From NCBI GenBank assembly GCA_963841435.1, contig CAWJCS010000003.1, positions 576,001 through 640,000 of the forward strand: a DNA stretch of 64,000 nt, given 5' to 3'. Position 1 is the first letter of the stretch. Each line of letters begins with the position of its first letter. Both the position numbers and the translations under genes were made by a program. This DNA is from an uncultured delta proteobacterium (GTDB lineage Bacteria; Myxococcota_A; Polyangia; Polyangiales; Polyangiaceae). The notes below the pieces were generated by a model. It did no database searches, was not told the DNA's origin, and saw only the letters and a list, made by a program, of their open reading frames with translations. Positions 39,693 to 49,871 of the stretch are shown one piece after another.

Positions 39693-40688
39693 CTAGCCGC
39701 CAGTGAAGCTCTCGCCGCTCACGGAAGAGCGCACGTCGAGCGCGAGCGCGCACGCATCGACGGACGCGGCGTATTCGGCGCGCGTCGCCGGCGAGAGGGA
39801 GCTCGGGTCGACGCGCCGTCTCACGGCGAACAGGAGTTTCTTCGAGGTCAGGTCGACGAGCCCCACGCGCACGTCGTGCGGGCGCTCGCCGTCGAGCTCC
39901 GCGGGCTTTCTGCGGTCCCCGGGCTCGTCCATGGCGTAGAGCAGAAGCTCCGCCTTGGCTGCGGCCTTGGCGTCCGCGAGGGGCGCCCGCTCGACGACGC
40001 GCACGAGCTCCCCGAGCTCGCGGGGGTCGGACGCCGCGAGCACGCGCGACTCCCAGGCGGCTCCGAGCAGCGGCAACCCCACGAGCGCGTGGTGCAGGCG
40101 CGCGACGTGCCCCGCGGCGCGCACGACCCGCGCGCCGCCGCCGTACGCAGAGCGGGCACGGCCGAGCAACGCCTTTTCGGTACGCGAGCTCGGCGGCTCG
40201 AGCAAGCAAAGGACGAACGCGTCGTTGAAGGAGCTCATGGCGGCCTCGGCGACTCCGGAGGGCCCGGCGAAGCTCTCGAGCGGGCCACGCACGTACACCG
40301 TCGGGCGCGCGAGCGCGCTCGCCAGGGCGCCCTCGGCGCGGAGCGCGGGCTCGATGGTGTCGCTCACGAAGGGCCCGGCGCAGCGCTCGAGCCAGCCCTC
40401 GACGCGAACGCCGAGATTCTTCTGCTCGGCATTCAGGGACGCGGATTCGCTTCTGAGCTTCGAAAGCAGCGCCGCTCGCTGCCGCTCGAGATCGTCTCGC
40501 GCGCGCTTTCGCGCGACGATGAGGCTCGAAATCGCCACGACCATCGCCACGACGAGCCCCACCCGCAAGATCGAGAGCGCGAGGGGCAAGACGCGCCGCG
40601 TGGAGCGAGGCCCTCGTCCTCGGACGCTCGCCTCCACGCGCGCACGCAGCTCCGGCGACATGCGCGGGGTCGTGAGCAGGGTCGGCAT
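39693..40688 (-). CDS. Hypothetical single-TM protein
   Basis: ATG overlaps the MutS-like gene's stop (TGATG); TM segment LALSILRVGLVVAMVVAISSLIV. Confidence 0.65.
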   Translation of the reverse strand: MPTLLTTPRMSPELRARVEASVRGRGPRSTRRVLPLALSILRVGLVVAMVVAISSLIVARKRARDDLERQRAALLSKLRSESASLNAEQKNLGVRVEGWLERCAGPFVSDTIEPALRAEGALASALARPTVYVRGPLESFAGPSGVAEAAMSSFNDAFVLCLLEPPSSRTEKALLGRARSAYGGGARVVRAAGHVARLHHALVGLPLLGAAWESRVLAASDPRELGELVRVVERAPLADAKAAAKAELLLYAMDEPGDRRKPAELDGERPHDVRVGLVDLTSKKLLFAVRRRVDPSSLSPATRAEYAASVDACALALDVRSSVSGESFTGG

Positions 40689-42346
40689 CAGGCCTGCCCC
40701 CACCCCGGGGGCGGATTTGCCGTGCGCGCCCGGATGTTTTTCTCGATGAGCGAGAGCAGCTGCTCGCCCGTGACGCCGAGCCGTTCGGCTGCGTGCCCCG
40801 CGAGCGACGTGTGAGCGACGCCAGGCACGAACTGGTAGGTGGCGCGCCGATCGGGTCCGAGCTCGACCTGCAGAAAACCGAGGTTCGGGATCTTGTTTTC
40901 CTTGTCGAGGCGGGCTGCAAACGCGAGAAAGTGGGTCGTGATGAAGGCCTGCGGCGCGAGCCGCGACAGCATGGCGAGGACGAGCTCGAAGATCTCTTCG
41001 CCTTCGGATGGATTGGTGCCCGAGCAGAGCTCGTCGAGCAGCACCATGGCCCCGGGCGGGAGCCGCTCGAACAGCTCGCGGATGCGCACGAGCTCCATGC
41101 CGAGGCGCCCCTCGGCCTGATCGATCTTCGTCTCCTGAATCAGCGAGACGACGAGGCCCGGCACGAGCGCGATGGTGCCGGAGCTCGCGGGCACGAAGAG
41201 CCCCGACTGCGCGAGTAGCTGCGCGAGGCCGACCGCTTGCAGCAGACGTGTCTTGCCGCCCGAGTTGGGCCCGGTCACGAGCACGGTGTGGGTCAGGCTG
41301 GCGGAGGAAAGATCGCAGGGGACCGGCTTGATCCCGCTCACGAGCAAGAGCGGATTGAACAGTCCCCGAAAAGCGCGCGGTCGGTCGGGGCCGACGATCT
41401 CGGGCAGGCAGACCTCGAGCCCCGCCTCGTGCGCGCGGTCGCGCAGGCCGAGGGCGCCGAGGTAAAATTCGAGGTCGCCGAAGAGCTCGACCAGCGCGAC
41501 GAGCTCGTCCTCGAAGCCGCTCCATACGGCGTCGACGAGCCGAGCCATGACCTCTCCGTCGCCGAAGCGGTAGCCCCGCACGAAGAGCTCGAGCTTCGCG
41601 AGCCAGCGTCGAAAAGGTGCGCTCACGAAGGGGTTGTCGGCGTGCTCCTCGAGCGACACGATCTGAAATCCGCGAATCCTTCCGTCGGCACCGATGCCCA
41701 CCTTGAGGCTCACCGTCGCGAGGCGCGCGTCGTAGCGCATCAGATCCGCGAGGGCGCGATACGGTTCGCTCGCTTGCACCGACAGGCCAAAATGCGACAA
41801 GCGCGAGAGCCCCGAGCGCGAACGCGCGAACCCGCCGGCCAGCGCATCGAAGATTTCCTTGAGCAGCCCCAGAACGTCGAGCTGGCGGCGCGTCGCGTCC
41901 CAGGTACGACCGCCGCTCGCGTTCTCGAGCAGGCCACGAAAGCGGCCGATGAGCTGGTAGAGCCGCTCGAGCTCGGCGCGAAGCTCCGCGCTTTCCATGA
42001 GCTCGCCGAGCACGCCACGACGGTAGGAAACGACAGCCGGATCGGCGGGTGGGTGCGCGAGCAGGCGGGCCAAGTGCGCCGCCATGAGCGTGGGCTCGTT
42101 CCTGCCGATGCGAACGCGGAACCCTTGCGCCACGAAGCGCTCGAGGAACAGGTCGTTGACGAATCCGGCCGGATCGAAAGTCGAGGGCGCGAGCGTGGCC
42201 CGTGCGAGCGCGTCACTGAAGAGGCCCCCGGAGACGCCACCCGCGAACGCCAGCGTCATGCTGAGCTTGGTGCGCTCGGAGTTGACGCGCCGGAGCGGGA
42301 CCGGGTGCAAGAGGTCGGGTAAAAGAGCGGGCTCGAAGGTCGTCAT
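40688..42346 (-). CDS. MutS-family ATPase (domain V) lacking the mismatch-binding domain
   Basis: LVTGPNSGGKT, LAQSGLFVPA, LLDELCSGT and ITTHF. Confidence 0.85.
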   Translation of the reverse strand: MTTFEPALLPDLLHPVPLRRVNSERTKLSMTLAFAGGVSGGLFSDALARATLAPSTFDPAGFVNDLFLERFVAQGFRVRIGRNEPTLMAAHLARLLAHPPADPAVVSYRRGVLGELMESAELRAELERLYQLIGRFRGLLENASGGRTWDATRRQLDVLGLLKEIFDALAGGFARSRSGLSRLSHFGLSVQASEPYRALADLMRYDARLATVSLKVGIGADGRIRGFQIVSLEEHADNPFVSAPFRRWLAKLELFVRGYRFGDGEVMARLVDAVWSGFEDELVALVELFGDLEFYLGALGLRDRAHEAGLEVCLPEIVGPDRPRAFRGLFNPLLLVSGIKPVPCDLSSASLTHTVLVTGPNSGGKTRLLQAVGLAQLLAQSGLFVPASSGTIALVPGLVVSLIQETKIDQAEGRLGMELVRIRELFERLPPGAMVLLDELCSGTNPSEGEEIFELVLAMLSRLAPQAFITTHFLAFAARLDKENKIPNLGFLQVELGPDRRATYQFVPGVAHTSLAGHAAERLGVTGEQLLSLIEKNIRARTANPPPGWGQA

Positions 42347-42496
42347 GCGCAGGGGCCGACACCCCCCTCGGGCCAATGTTCCCCGGGTGAACCGGGCCCG
42401 CAAGGCGAACGAGGGCGTCGGGCGACCGCCCTGACCGCCGGCGCCGGTCACGGGCTGGAAAGCAGGCCGAAACGCGTGCCGAGAGACGATTCTCTC

Positions 42497-43865
42497 ATGG
42501 CGATTGGGCTCACCGTCCTCGAGCGAGCCGGACGCGTCGTCGCCAGGGATCTGGAGATCGAGGTTCTCGGGCCCTGTACCTTCCCCTCGCCCATGGCCGC
42601 CCGGCTCGCCCAGTCGACCATCCACTACGTGGGTGAGGCGGACCGCGTGCTGCTCGAGGACAAGCTGTCGCAGGTGCTCGGGCGAGCGGACGATCTCGCG
42701 GCGACACCAGCGTTCGAGCTCGCCGGGCCGCGCGACAAGATCTTCTTCGACCCCTCACGCCTGAGGTGCGGCATCGTCACGTGCGGCGGTCTGTGCCCGG
42801 GCCTCAACAACGTCGTTCGCGGGCTCGTGCTCTGCCTCACGGAAAGCTACGGCATCGAGCAGATCCTCGGCTTCCGCTACGGCTACGCGGGGCTGGTGCG
42901 CAAGAGCGGGCTCGGCGCCGTCCGGCTCACGCCGACCGTCGTCGCGGACGTTCACCAGCAGGGTGGCACGATGCTCGGCACGTCGCGCGGCGGTCAGGAC
43001 GCCGCGGACATGGTCGACCGGCTGGAGGAGCTCGAGATCGGGGTCTTGTTCGTCGTCGGGGGCGACGGCACGTGCCGCGGCGCGATGGCGCTCGTCGAGG
43101 AGATCCGGAAGCGCCAGGTGCCCATCGGGATCGTCGCCATTCCGAAGACCATCGACAACGACATCCACTTCATCGATCGCAGCTTCGGCTTCGAAACCGC
43201 CTACTCTGCGGCCGTCAACGTGATTCGCAACGCCCACGTCGAAGCCATGGGCGCTCGCAACGGCATCGGCCTCGTCAAGCTCATGGGGAGGCACTCCGGG
43301 TTCATCGCTTGCCACGCCGCGCTCGCCTCGACGGACGTTAACGTCGTCTTGATCCCCGAGATCCCCCTGCGACTCGAGGGTCACGGAGGGCTGTTCGAGG
43401 TGCTCGAGGCGCGGCTCGAGCAGACCGAGCACGCCGTGGTGGTCGTCGCCGAGGGCGCGGGTCAGGAGCTGTGTCGCCCGGAGCGCGAGAGCGGGCCCCC
43501 TTCGACCGACGCCAGCGGCAACGCGAAGCTTCTCGACATCGGCATCGTGCTCAGGGATCGCATCGTCGAGCACTTCCGGCGCAAGCACGTCGAGATCACG
43601 CTCAAGTACCTCGACCCGAGCTACTCGATCCGCAGCGTGCCGGCTTCTCCCGCCGACAGCGTTTATTCGTGGCACATGGCGCGCAACGCCGTGCACGCCG
43701 CGCTCGCCGGCAACACCAATATGCTGATCGGTCGCTGGCACGGGCGCTTCGTGCACGTGCCGCTGCCGCTCGTGACCCGCTTCCGCAAACACGTCGATAC
43801 GACGGGCGACCTGTGGGCGGCCGTGGTCGAGTTGAACGGGGCAACCCTTTTCCTTCGGCGCTTGA
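42497..43865 (+). CDS. pfkA: ATP-dependent 6-phosphofructokinase (probable +1 error near the 3' end; listed ORF runs to 43948)
   Basis: ELAGPR, VTCGGLCPGLN, GTSRG, GGDGT, PKTIDND, KLMGRHSG and YLDPSY. Removing one A near 43835 restores a family-like ...TGQPFSFGA* end. Confidence 0.9.
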
Positions 43866-43970
43866 GACCGGTGCCGACCCGGGCGAAATGGCGTAAGACG
43901 CAAGCTTTCGCGGCGGGCGAGTTGACTCTCCCTTCGGGCGAGCGATAGAAATCCCCGCCGCGAGTCGCGC

Positions 43971-45539
43971 ATGCCTAGAGTCGCCGTCTTTGGTTGGGGC
44001 GTCGTCGCCCCGCGCTCGGCGAACGTCGCCCGCTTCGCAGAAAACCTCGAGCAGGCAGGGCACTGGCTCGAGCCGTTCAACGGCTTCGGCCCCGACAACT
44101 TCCTCGTGGGCCGACCCGATTTCGATTTCGCGACCTACCGGCCGTGGGTCGAGAAGCGTTTCCTGCCCGGGCGCTACAACCAGCTCGTCGAGAAGATGGA
44201 CGAGACGGCGCTCTACGCGGTGGGCGCGTTCATCCAGGCGCTCGAGCAGAATCCCGGCGTCGAACCGCGTCTGACCGAGCTCGGCAGGCAAGCGCACGTC
44301 TACGTCGGCACGGCGCTCGGAGCCTTCCCGACGATCCACGAAGCGTCGATCGCCCATCATCGCGCCCAGCGGCGCTGGAACCGCTTCTGGGCCGATCCCG
44401 CGCGCAACGCCGCGCTCGCCGCGTACCTCGCCGGCGACGTGCCTGCCCCCGAAGGGCTTCCACCCGCTCCCTCGGCCGAGCTTTCCATCGACGAGCGCGA
44501 GGAGCGCGAGGACGCGTGGCAGGCATTCTGGGCGGCGCGCTCGGCCGCGCTCGGTGATTACCTCGCCGACCTCCGCGCGATCGAGGGGCTCGGCGTCGAG
44601 GGCAACGTGGACGCGAAGAAGCTCAACGTGATCCGCGAGAAGCGGCGGCGGCTCGCAGCGCTCACGCAGCGCACGGGAACACCCGATCCGCCGTGGACGG
44701 CCATCAGCCCCAACGTACTCTGGAACGTCTCGAACACGCCGGCGAGCCAGATCTCGATGCTCGGGAAGATCACCGGCATGTGCATCGCGCCCGTCGCCGC
44801 CTGCTCGACGTTCGGCGTGTGCCTCAAGCTCGGCATGGACGCGATCGCGCGCGGCAGCGCCAAGCTCGCGGTGATCGGCGCCTGCGACCCCCCGCCGCAT
44901 CCCCTCACGGTCGGCGCGTTCTACTCGGCGCGCGTCCTCTCGGCCGACGGCGAGGTGAGCCGACCACTCACGCGTCTCAAGGGCACGCACGTCGCGGGCG
45001 GGGCCGCGGTTTGGATCATCGGTGACCTCGAGTACGGGCGCGCACACGGCTTCGAGCCGCTCGGCATGGAGCCCGTCAGCGTCGGTGTGAGCGCGGATGC
45101 CGAGCACATCATCACGCCCTCGCAGGACGGGCCGCGCGCCGCGATGGCGGAAGCACTCGAAAAGGCCCACGTGAGCGCAAAAGAGGTCGCGTCGTTCGAT
45201 CTACACGCCACGGCGACGCCCGGCAACGTCTCCGAGGTGGAGAACGTGCGGAGCCTCGTGCCGTCGGCCCTCGTCACGGCGCGCAAGGGCACGTTCGGGC
45301 ACGGTATGGGCGTCGGCGGGGGCTGGGAGCTCACGGCGCAATATCTCGGATACGAGCGCGGCAAGCTCTTCGCGACGCCGCTCGCGGAGGAGGACCTGCA
45401 TGCCGCGGTGCGCGAGCTCGGACAGCGTTTCGTGTTCGACCAGCCCGTCGACTTTCCGCGCGGCCCGGTCGGCAAGCTCTCGATGGGCGTCGGGGGCATC
45501 AATGCCTGCGTGATCTCGCGACCATGGACGAAGGACTGA
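43971..45539 (+). CDS. Stand-alone beta-ketoacyl synthase-like protein with a large insertion
   Basis: Catalytic Cys-His-His motifs AACSTFG, DLHATATPG and KGTFGH; C-terminal MGVGGINACV. Confidence 0.8.
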   Translation: MPRVAVFGWGVVAPRSANVARFAENLEQAGHWLEPFNGFGPDNFLVGRPDFDFATYRPWVEKRFLPGRYNQLVEKMDETALYAVGAFIQALEQNPGVEPRLTELGRQAHVYVGTALGAFPTIHEASIAHHRAQRRWNRFWADPARNAALAAYLAGDVPAPEGLPPAPSAELSIDEREEREDAWQAFWAARSAALGDYLADLRAIEGLGVEGNVDAKKLNVIREKRRRLAALTQRTGTPDPPWTAISPNVLWNVSNTPASQISMLGKITGMCIAPVAACSTFGVCLKLGMDAIARGSAKLAVIGACDPPPHPLTVGAFYSARVLSADGEVSRPLTRLKGTHVAGGAAVWIIGDLEYGRAHGFEPLGMEPVSVGVSADAEHIITPSQDGPRAAMAEALEKAHVSAKEVASFDLHATATPGNVSEVENVRSLVPSALVTARKGTFGHGMGVGGGWELTAQYLGYERGKLFATPLAEEDLHAAVRELGQRFVFDQPVDFPRGPVGKLSMGVGGINACVISRPWTKD

Positions 45540-45714
45540 CGTTGCCACCGGCTGCCTGAGAGCCCATCCAACCGGATCGAGCTGTCGGGCGACGGCCCCT
45601 TCCTGCGCTCCGTATACGGGCTGTTAACGCCAGCTGGCGGGGCCGGGAGCGCGGAAGCGGGCTTATTTCGCGGGGTCAGAAGCCTCACTCTGCACGAGCC
45701 GGGCCGACGGGTGC

Positions 45715-47532
45715 GTGGGCACGCACCTTGCTCCGGCGGAGGGGGTGAGAACGGAGCGCTGGTCATGGATTGGGCTTTGGGGGATGGCGCTCGTGGCCTG
45801 CACGGGCCGCGTGGAGCGGGACGCCGGCGGCGCACCGAGTGGGAGGACGAGCGGCGGCTCGGCGGGCACCGCGGGCAACGGCGTGGCCGCCTCGAGCGCC
45901 GTGGCTGGCGCAGGCGGCATCGGCAGCGGGGGCAGCGGCGGCACGGGCTCGACGAGCGGCGGCGGCGCCGCAGGGGGCGCGGGTGAGAGCACGCTCGTCG
46001 AAGGCGAAGGAGTCGGCAAGGCGGGTATGCGCCGCCTGACGATCGCGGAGCTCGACCGGACGCTCGAGGATCTGCTCGGCGACGCCACGCGCCCGGCGCG
46101 CCAGGCGCTGCAGGAGGAGCAGCTCGGCCCGTTCGAGAACGACTACACGAAGCTCACGGTCTCGAGCGTCCTCGTCGAGGGTCTCGAGCGCCTGGCGACC
46201 GACGTGACGCGCCGCTTGCTGGCCGATCCGGCGCGGCGCGATCGCGTGATCGGCTGCTCGCCGAAGGACGCGACGAGCGAGGACAGCTCTTGCTTTCGTG
46301 GCTTCATCTCCGAGTTCGGTCGGCGGGCGCTGCGCCGCCCGCTGACCGACGCGGAGGTGGACGTTTACGAGCAAGCGGGAGCGCCGTTCGTCGCCCGCCA
46401 GGGCGATTTCTACGCGGGCGTCGAGGTCGCGCTCCGGGCCATGCTCCAGCATCCGGCGTTCCTCTACCGCGTCGAGGTCGGAGCGCCGGTGCCCGGCATG
46501 CCCGGCGTTTACCGGCTCGACGACTGGGAGGTCGCGACCCGCCTCTCGTACCTCGTTTGGGGGTCGACGCCTTCCGACGTGTTGCTCGAGCGCGCCGAAC
46601 AGAGCTTGCTCGAGACCCCGGACGGTGTGCGCGACGCCGCGCTCGAGATGTTCGCGTCACCACGCACGACGGAGAATCTCGATCAATTCCACGCGCTCTG
46701 GCTCGGTTACTCCGTCTTGCCGCACTCGCAATCGCTGACGACCGCCATGCGGCGCGAATCGGCCATGCTCGTGGCACGAGCGTTCGACGAAGACGCGTCG
46801 TGGCTCGACCTCTTCCGCGCGACCGACACCTACGTCAACGACGAGCTAGCAGCGCTCTACGGCCTGCCGGCACCGGCGGGCGGCGAAGGCTTCGTTCCGT
46901 ACGGCGACACGGGGCGGCAAGGGTTGCTCTCGCACGGCTCGTTCCTCTCGATCCTCGGCGACACGCTCGACACGAGCCCCACACGTCGCGGCAAGCGCGT
47001 GCGCACGCAGCTCCTGTGCGAAGACGTACCGCCACCCCCGCCCAATGTGAACGCCGATGCACCGCCCGCAGGCACGGGCAGCCCCTGCAAGTGGGATCGC
47101 TACGCCGAGCATCGCTCACCGAGCAGCTGCGCCGGCTGCCACAGCCAGATCGATCCCATCGGCTTCGGCCTCGAAAACTACGATCGCGAAGGCCGGTATC
47201 GCACGCACGACATCGACACGCTCGACGGCTCCCCGACGTTCGGCGAGGAGCTGCCCGAGTGCGAGATCACTGGCGAGGGCGAGGTGGACGGGCTCGGCAC
47301 GTTCCGCGGTCCCGCCGAGCTCGAAGACCTTCTGATCGACAGCAACCGCATCGGGCCTTGTGTCGCGAAGCAGTACTATCGCTTCGCCACGGGGCGACCG
47401 GAAGACGCCGACGACGCCGCAGCCATCGCCGAGCTCCAGGCGCGCTTCGAGGGCTCGGGCTACGCGTTTCGCGAGCTCGTGCTCGGCACCGTCACTTCGA
47501 ACGCCTTCGGCTATCGCCGGGAGGAGCCCTGA
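45715..47532 (+). CDS. DUF1587/1595/1592/1588/1585 cytochrome c-motif lipoprotein
   Basis: Lipobox ALVAC; RRLT..E, ATRLSYLVWGSTP, TSPTRRG and CAGCHSQIDPIGFGLENYD. Confidence 0.88.
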   Translation: MGTHLAPAEGVRTERWSWIGLWGMALVACTGRVERDAGGAPSGRTSGGSAGTAGNGVAASSAVAGAGGIGSGGSGGTGSTSGGGAAGGAGESTLVEGEGVGKAGMRRLTIAELDRTLEDLLGDATRPARQALQEEQLGPFENDYTKLTVSSVLVEGLERLATDVTRRLLADPARRDRVIGCSPKDATSEDSSCFRGFISEFGRRALRRPLTDAEVDVYEQAGAPFVARQGDFYAGVEVALRAMLQHPAFLYRVEVGAPVPGMPGVYRLDDWEVATRLSYLVWGSTPSDVLLERAEQSLLETPDGVRDAALEMFASPRTTENLDQFHALWLGYSVLPHSQSLTTAMRRESAMLVARAFDEDASWLDLFRATDTYVNDELAALYGLPAPAGGEGFVPYGDTGRQGLLSHGSFLSILGDTLDTSPTRRGKRVRTQLLCEDVPPPPPNVNADAPPAGTGSPCKWDRYAEHRSPSSCAGCHSQIDPIGFGLENYDREGRYRTHDIDTLDGSPTFGEELPECEITGEGEVDGLGTFRGPAELEDLLIDSNRIGPCVAKQYYRFATGRPEDADDAAAIAELQARFEGSGYAFRELVLGTVTSNAFGYRREEP

Positions 47533-47533
47533 G

Positions 47534-48985
47534 ATGAACCCCTTGCCACGCTTGAATCGCCGCACGCTGCTGAGGGGCGCGGGGACGACCGCGCTCGCGC
47601 TGCCGCTGCTCGAGATCATGGCTCCGAGGCGCGCTCAGGCGCAGACCCTGCCGCTTCGCTACGTCGTGCTCTACGGTTCGTACTCGCTTTCGCCCGACGA
47701 CGATCCTGCCCAGAACCTCATCGTGCCGAGCCGGACGGGCCCCGACTACGACCTCAAGGACGGCCTCCTGCCGCTCGCGCCCGTTCAATCCGAGGTGACC
47801 GTCGTATCGGGGCTGGCGCTCGAGGGCGTGGGGCACCCCGACGCCGGCGACGGCATCCCCATCCACTGGCACAACGACGCGATCTTCGCCGGCGGCACCA
47901 CCCAGCAGAACGGGCTCACGATCGTTTACACGCACCCCACGTCGGACCAAATCGTCGCCGATGCGGCCGGCGGCGCGACGCCATTCCCGTCACTCGCCTT
48001 CCGCGTGCAGGCGTCGCAGTACGTCACGGGAACCGCGTCCGACGCGCTGAAGGGAACGATGTCGGCGCGCTCGGACGGCAACGGCGGCATCGTCGGGATG
48101 ACGCCCAACGCGAGCCCGCACGCCGCCTTCGACTCCCTGTTCGGAGCCGTGAAGACACCCGACCCGACGCTGGACGCTCGCGCGGCGCTCGAGCTCGACC
48201 AGCGAAAGAGCGTGCTCGACGTCGTGGACCGCAGCATGAAAGGCCTCTACGACCGGCTGGGCCGCGCCGACCAGACGCGCCTCACACAGCACTGGGACGA
48301 GATCCGCGCGCTCGAGAAGCGGCTCGCCGCGCTGCCCGCGACGACACCGAGCTCGGCGGCCTGCCAGCCCATCACCGACCCTGGGCCCGATCCGGCCGTG
48401 GGCGGCAGCATCGCCGATCCCAACGGCTACGACGCGAATGCCGGCTACAGCGACGAGGACGCGCGCGCGGCGGTGTTCACCGATCTCACGGCGATGGCCC
48501 TCGCCTGCGACATGACGCGCTCGATGACACTGATGCACACCTTCGTGCAAAGCTTCATGAACGCGGCCGCGATTGCCCAGGTGAGCCGCACCGTGCACGA
48601 TGCTCACCACCAGGGCGGCCCCACGGTCCAGAAGATTGCTCGCATCGCTGCCTGGCACATGAAGCACTTCGCCGCGCTCATCGAGCGCCTACGCTCGCTG
48701 CCCGAAGGCAACGGCACCGTGCTCGACAACACGGCGCTCGTCTACCTCAACGAAGCCGGCATCGGCGTGGACAAGAACGGCGTGCCGAACTCGCACTCGG
48801 GTGACCAGATGATGGCGCTCGTCGCAGGCGGCGCGGGCGGGCTCGTACGCGGCGTCCACATGGTGGCCCCACCCGACGTACGCGACGTGGCCAACGTGCT
48901 CATCACGGCGATGAACGCCGTGGGCGTGCCCACGCAGTCGCTCGGCAACGTCTCCGGCGGCGAAATCCCAGGGCTCCGCGCATGA
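47534..48985 (+). CDS. DUF1552 (HXXSHH-like) Tat-exported protein
   Basis: Tat signal LNRRTLLRGAG..LALPLLE, ALACDMTR, HDAHH and GTVLDNT; usual partner of DUF1592. Confidence 0.88.
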   Translation: MNPLPRLNRRTLLRGAGTTALALPLLEIMAPRRAQAQTLPLRYVVLYGSYSLSPDDDPAQNLIVPSRTGPDYDLKDGLLPLAPVQSEVTVVSGLALEGVGHPDAGDGIPIHWHNDAIFAGGTTQQNGLTIVYTHPTSDQIVADAAGGATPFPSLAFRVQASQYVTGTASDALKGTMSARSDGNGGIVGMTPNASPHAAFDSLFGAVKTPDPTLDARAALELDQRKSVLDVVDRSMKGLYDRLGRADQTRLTQHWDEIRALEKRLAALPATTPSSAACQPITDPGPDPAVGGSIADPNGYDANAGYSDEDARAAVFTDLTAMALACDMTRSMTLMHTFVQSFMNAAAIAQVSRTVHDAHHQGGPTVQKIARIAAWHMKHFAALIERLRSLPEGNGTVLDNTALVYLNEAGIGVDKNGVPNSHSGDQMMALVAGGAGGLVRGVHMVAPPDVRDVANVLITAMNAVGVPTQSLGNVSGGEIPGLRA

Positions 48986-49024
48986 GTGGCGGGCACGAGC
49001 CCCCGTTCTTGGCAAGATAACCGG

Positions 49025-49864
49025 ATGGCCGAGCGCAGCGACCTCGAAGTCTACGACTACCTGGATCACCGCGCCTTTCTCCGGGACTTTTACCTCGAGC
49101 AGAAGGGCAAGCGGCCGTTCTCGTTTCGCAAGTTCAGCCAGGAGGCGGGCCTCAAGTCGCCGAACTACCCGAAGCTCGTGATCGACGGGCAACGCAATCT
49201 CTCGGATGCCATGGCGCGGCAGTTCGCCAAGGCGCTCAAGCTGTCGGGTGAATCCCGCGACTACTTCCTCGAGCTCGTGCGCTTCAACCAGGCGACGACC
49301 CCAGCAGCACGAGACGAGGCGTACGCCAAGCTCACGGGCTTTCACCGCTACCACGCCGGGCGCACGCTCGAGCAGGCGCACGCCGCGTATCATGCCACCT
49401 GGTATTTACCCGCGATTCGCGAGCTAGCAGCGGCGCGGGCCTTCAAGAGCGACCCCGCGTGGATCGCCGCGCACATGAAGCCGCGCATCACGCGCCTCGA
49501 GGCCAAGCAGGCGCTCGATATCCTGCTCGAGCTCGGTTTGCTGGTCAGAAACGACCGGGGCGAGCTCAAGCAGGGGCAAGCCGTGGTTTCGACGGGACCC
49601 GAAACCCAGGGCCTCCACATCGCCAACTATCACCGCGAAATGATCGGTCGGGCGCGGCTCGCCATCGACGAGCACCGCGCGGGCGAGCGGGACATTTCAT
49701 CCCTGACGCTGTGCGTGGGCGAAGAGGGGCTCCGGCTCATCAAGGAACGCATCCAGCGCTTCCGGCGAGAGCTGGTCGAGCTGGCCGTGCTCGAGGACGC
49801 GCCGCGGCAGGTGATCCAGGTAAACTTCCAGCTTTTCCCACTATCCGAGATCTGTGAAAAGTAG
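49025..49864 (+). CDS. TIGR02147 family protein
   Basis: YLDHRAFL, FSFRKFSQEAG, VIDGQRNL, WYLPAIREL, RDISSLT and QVNFQLFPL. Confidence 0.88.
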   Translation: MAERSDLEVYDYLDHRAFLRDFYLEQKGKRPFSFRKFSQEAGLKSPNYPKLVIDGQRNLSDAMARQFAKALKLSGESRDYFLELVRFNQATTPAARDEAYAKLTGFHRYHAGRTLEQAHAAYHATWYLPAIRELAAARAFKSDPAWIAAHMKPRITRLEAKQALDILLELGLLVRNDRGELKQGQAVVSTGPETQGLHIANYHREMIGRARLAIDEHRAGERDISSLTLCVGEEGLRLIKERIQRFRRELVELAVLEDAPRQVIQVNFQLFPLSEICEK

Positions 49865-49871
49865 CACCCCC

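Noticed and set aside
43971-45539. Type II PKS gene cluster
   Set aside because: No chain-length factor, ACP or tailoring genes nearby.
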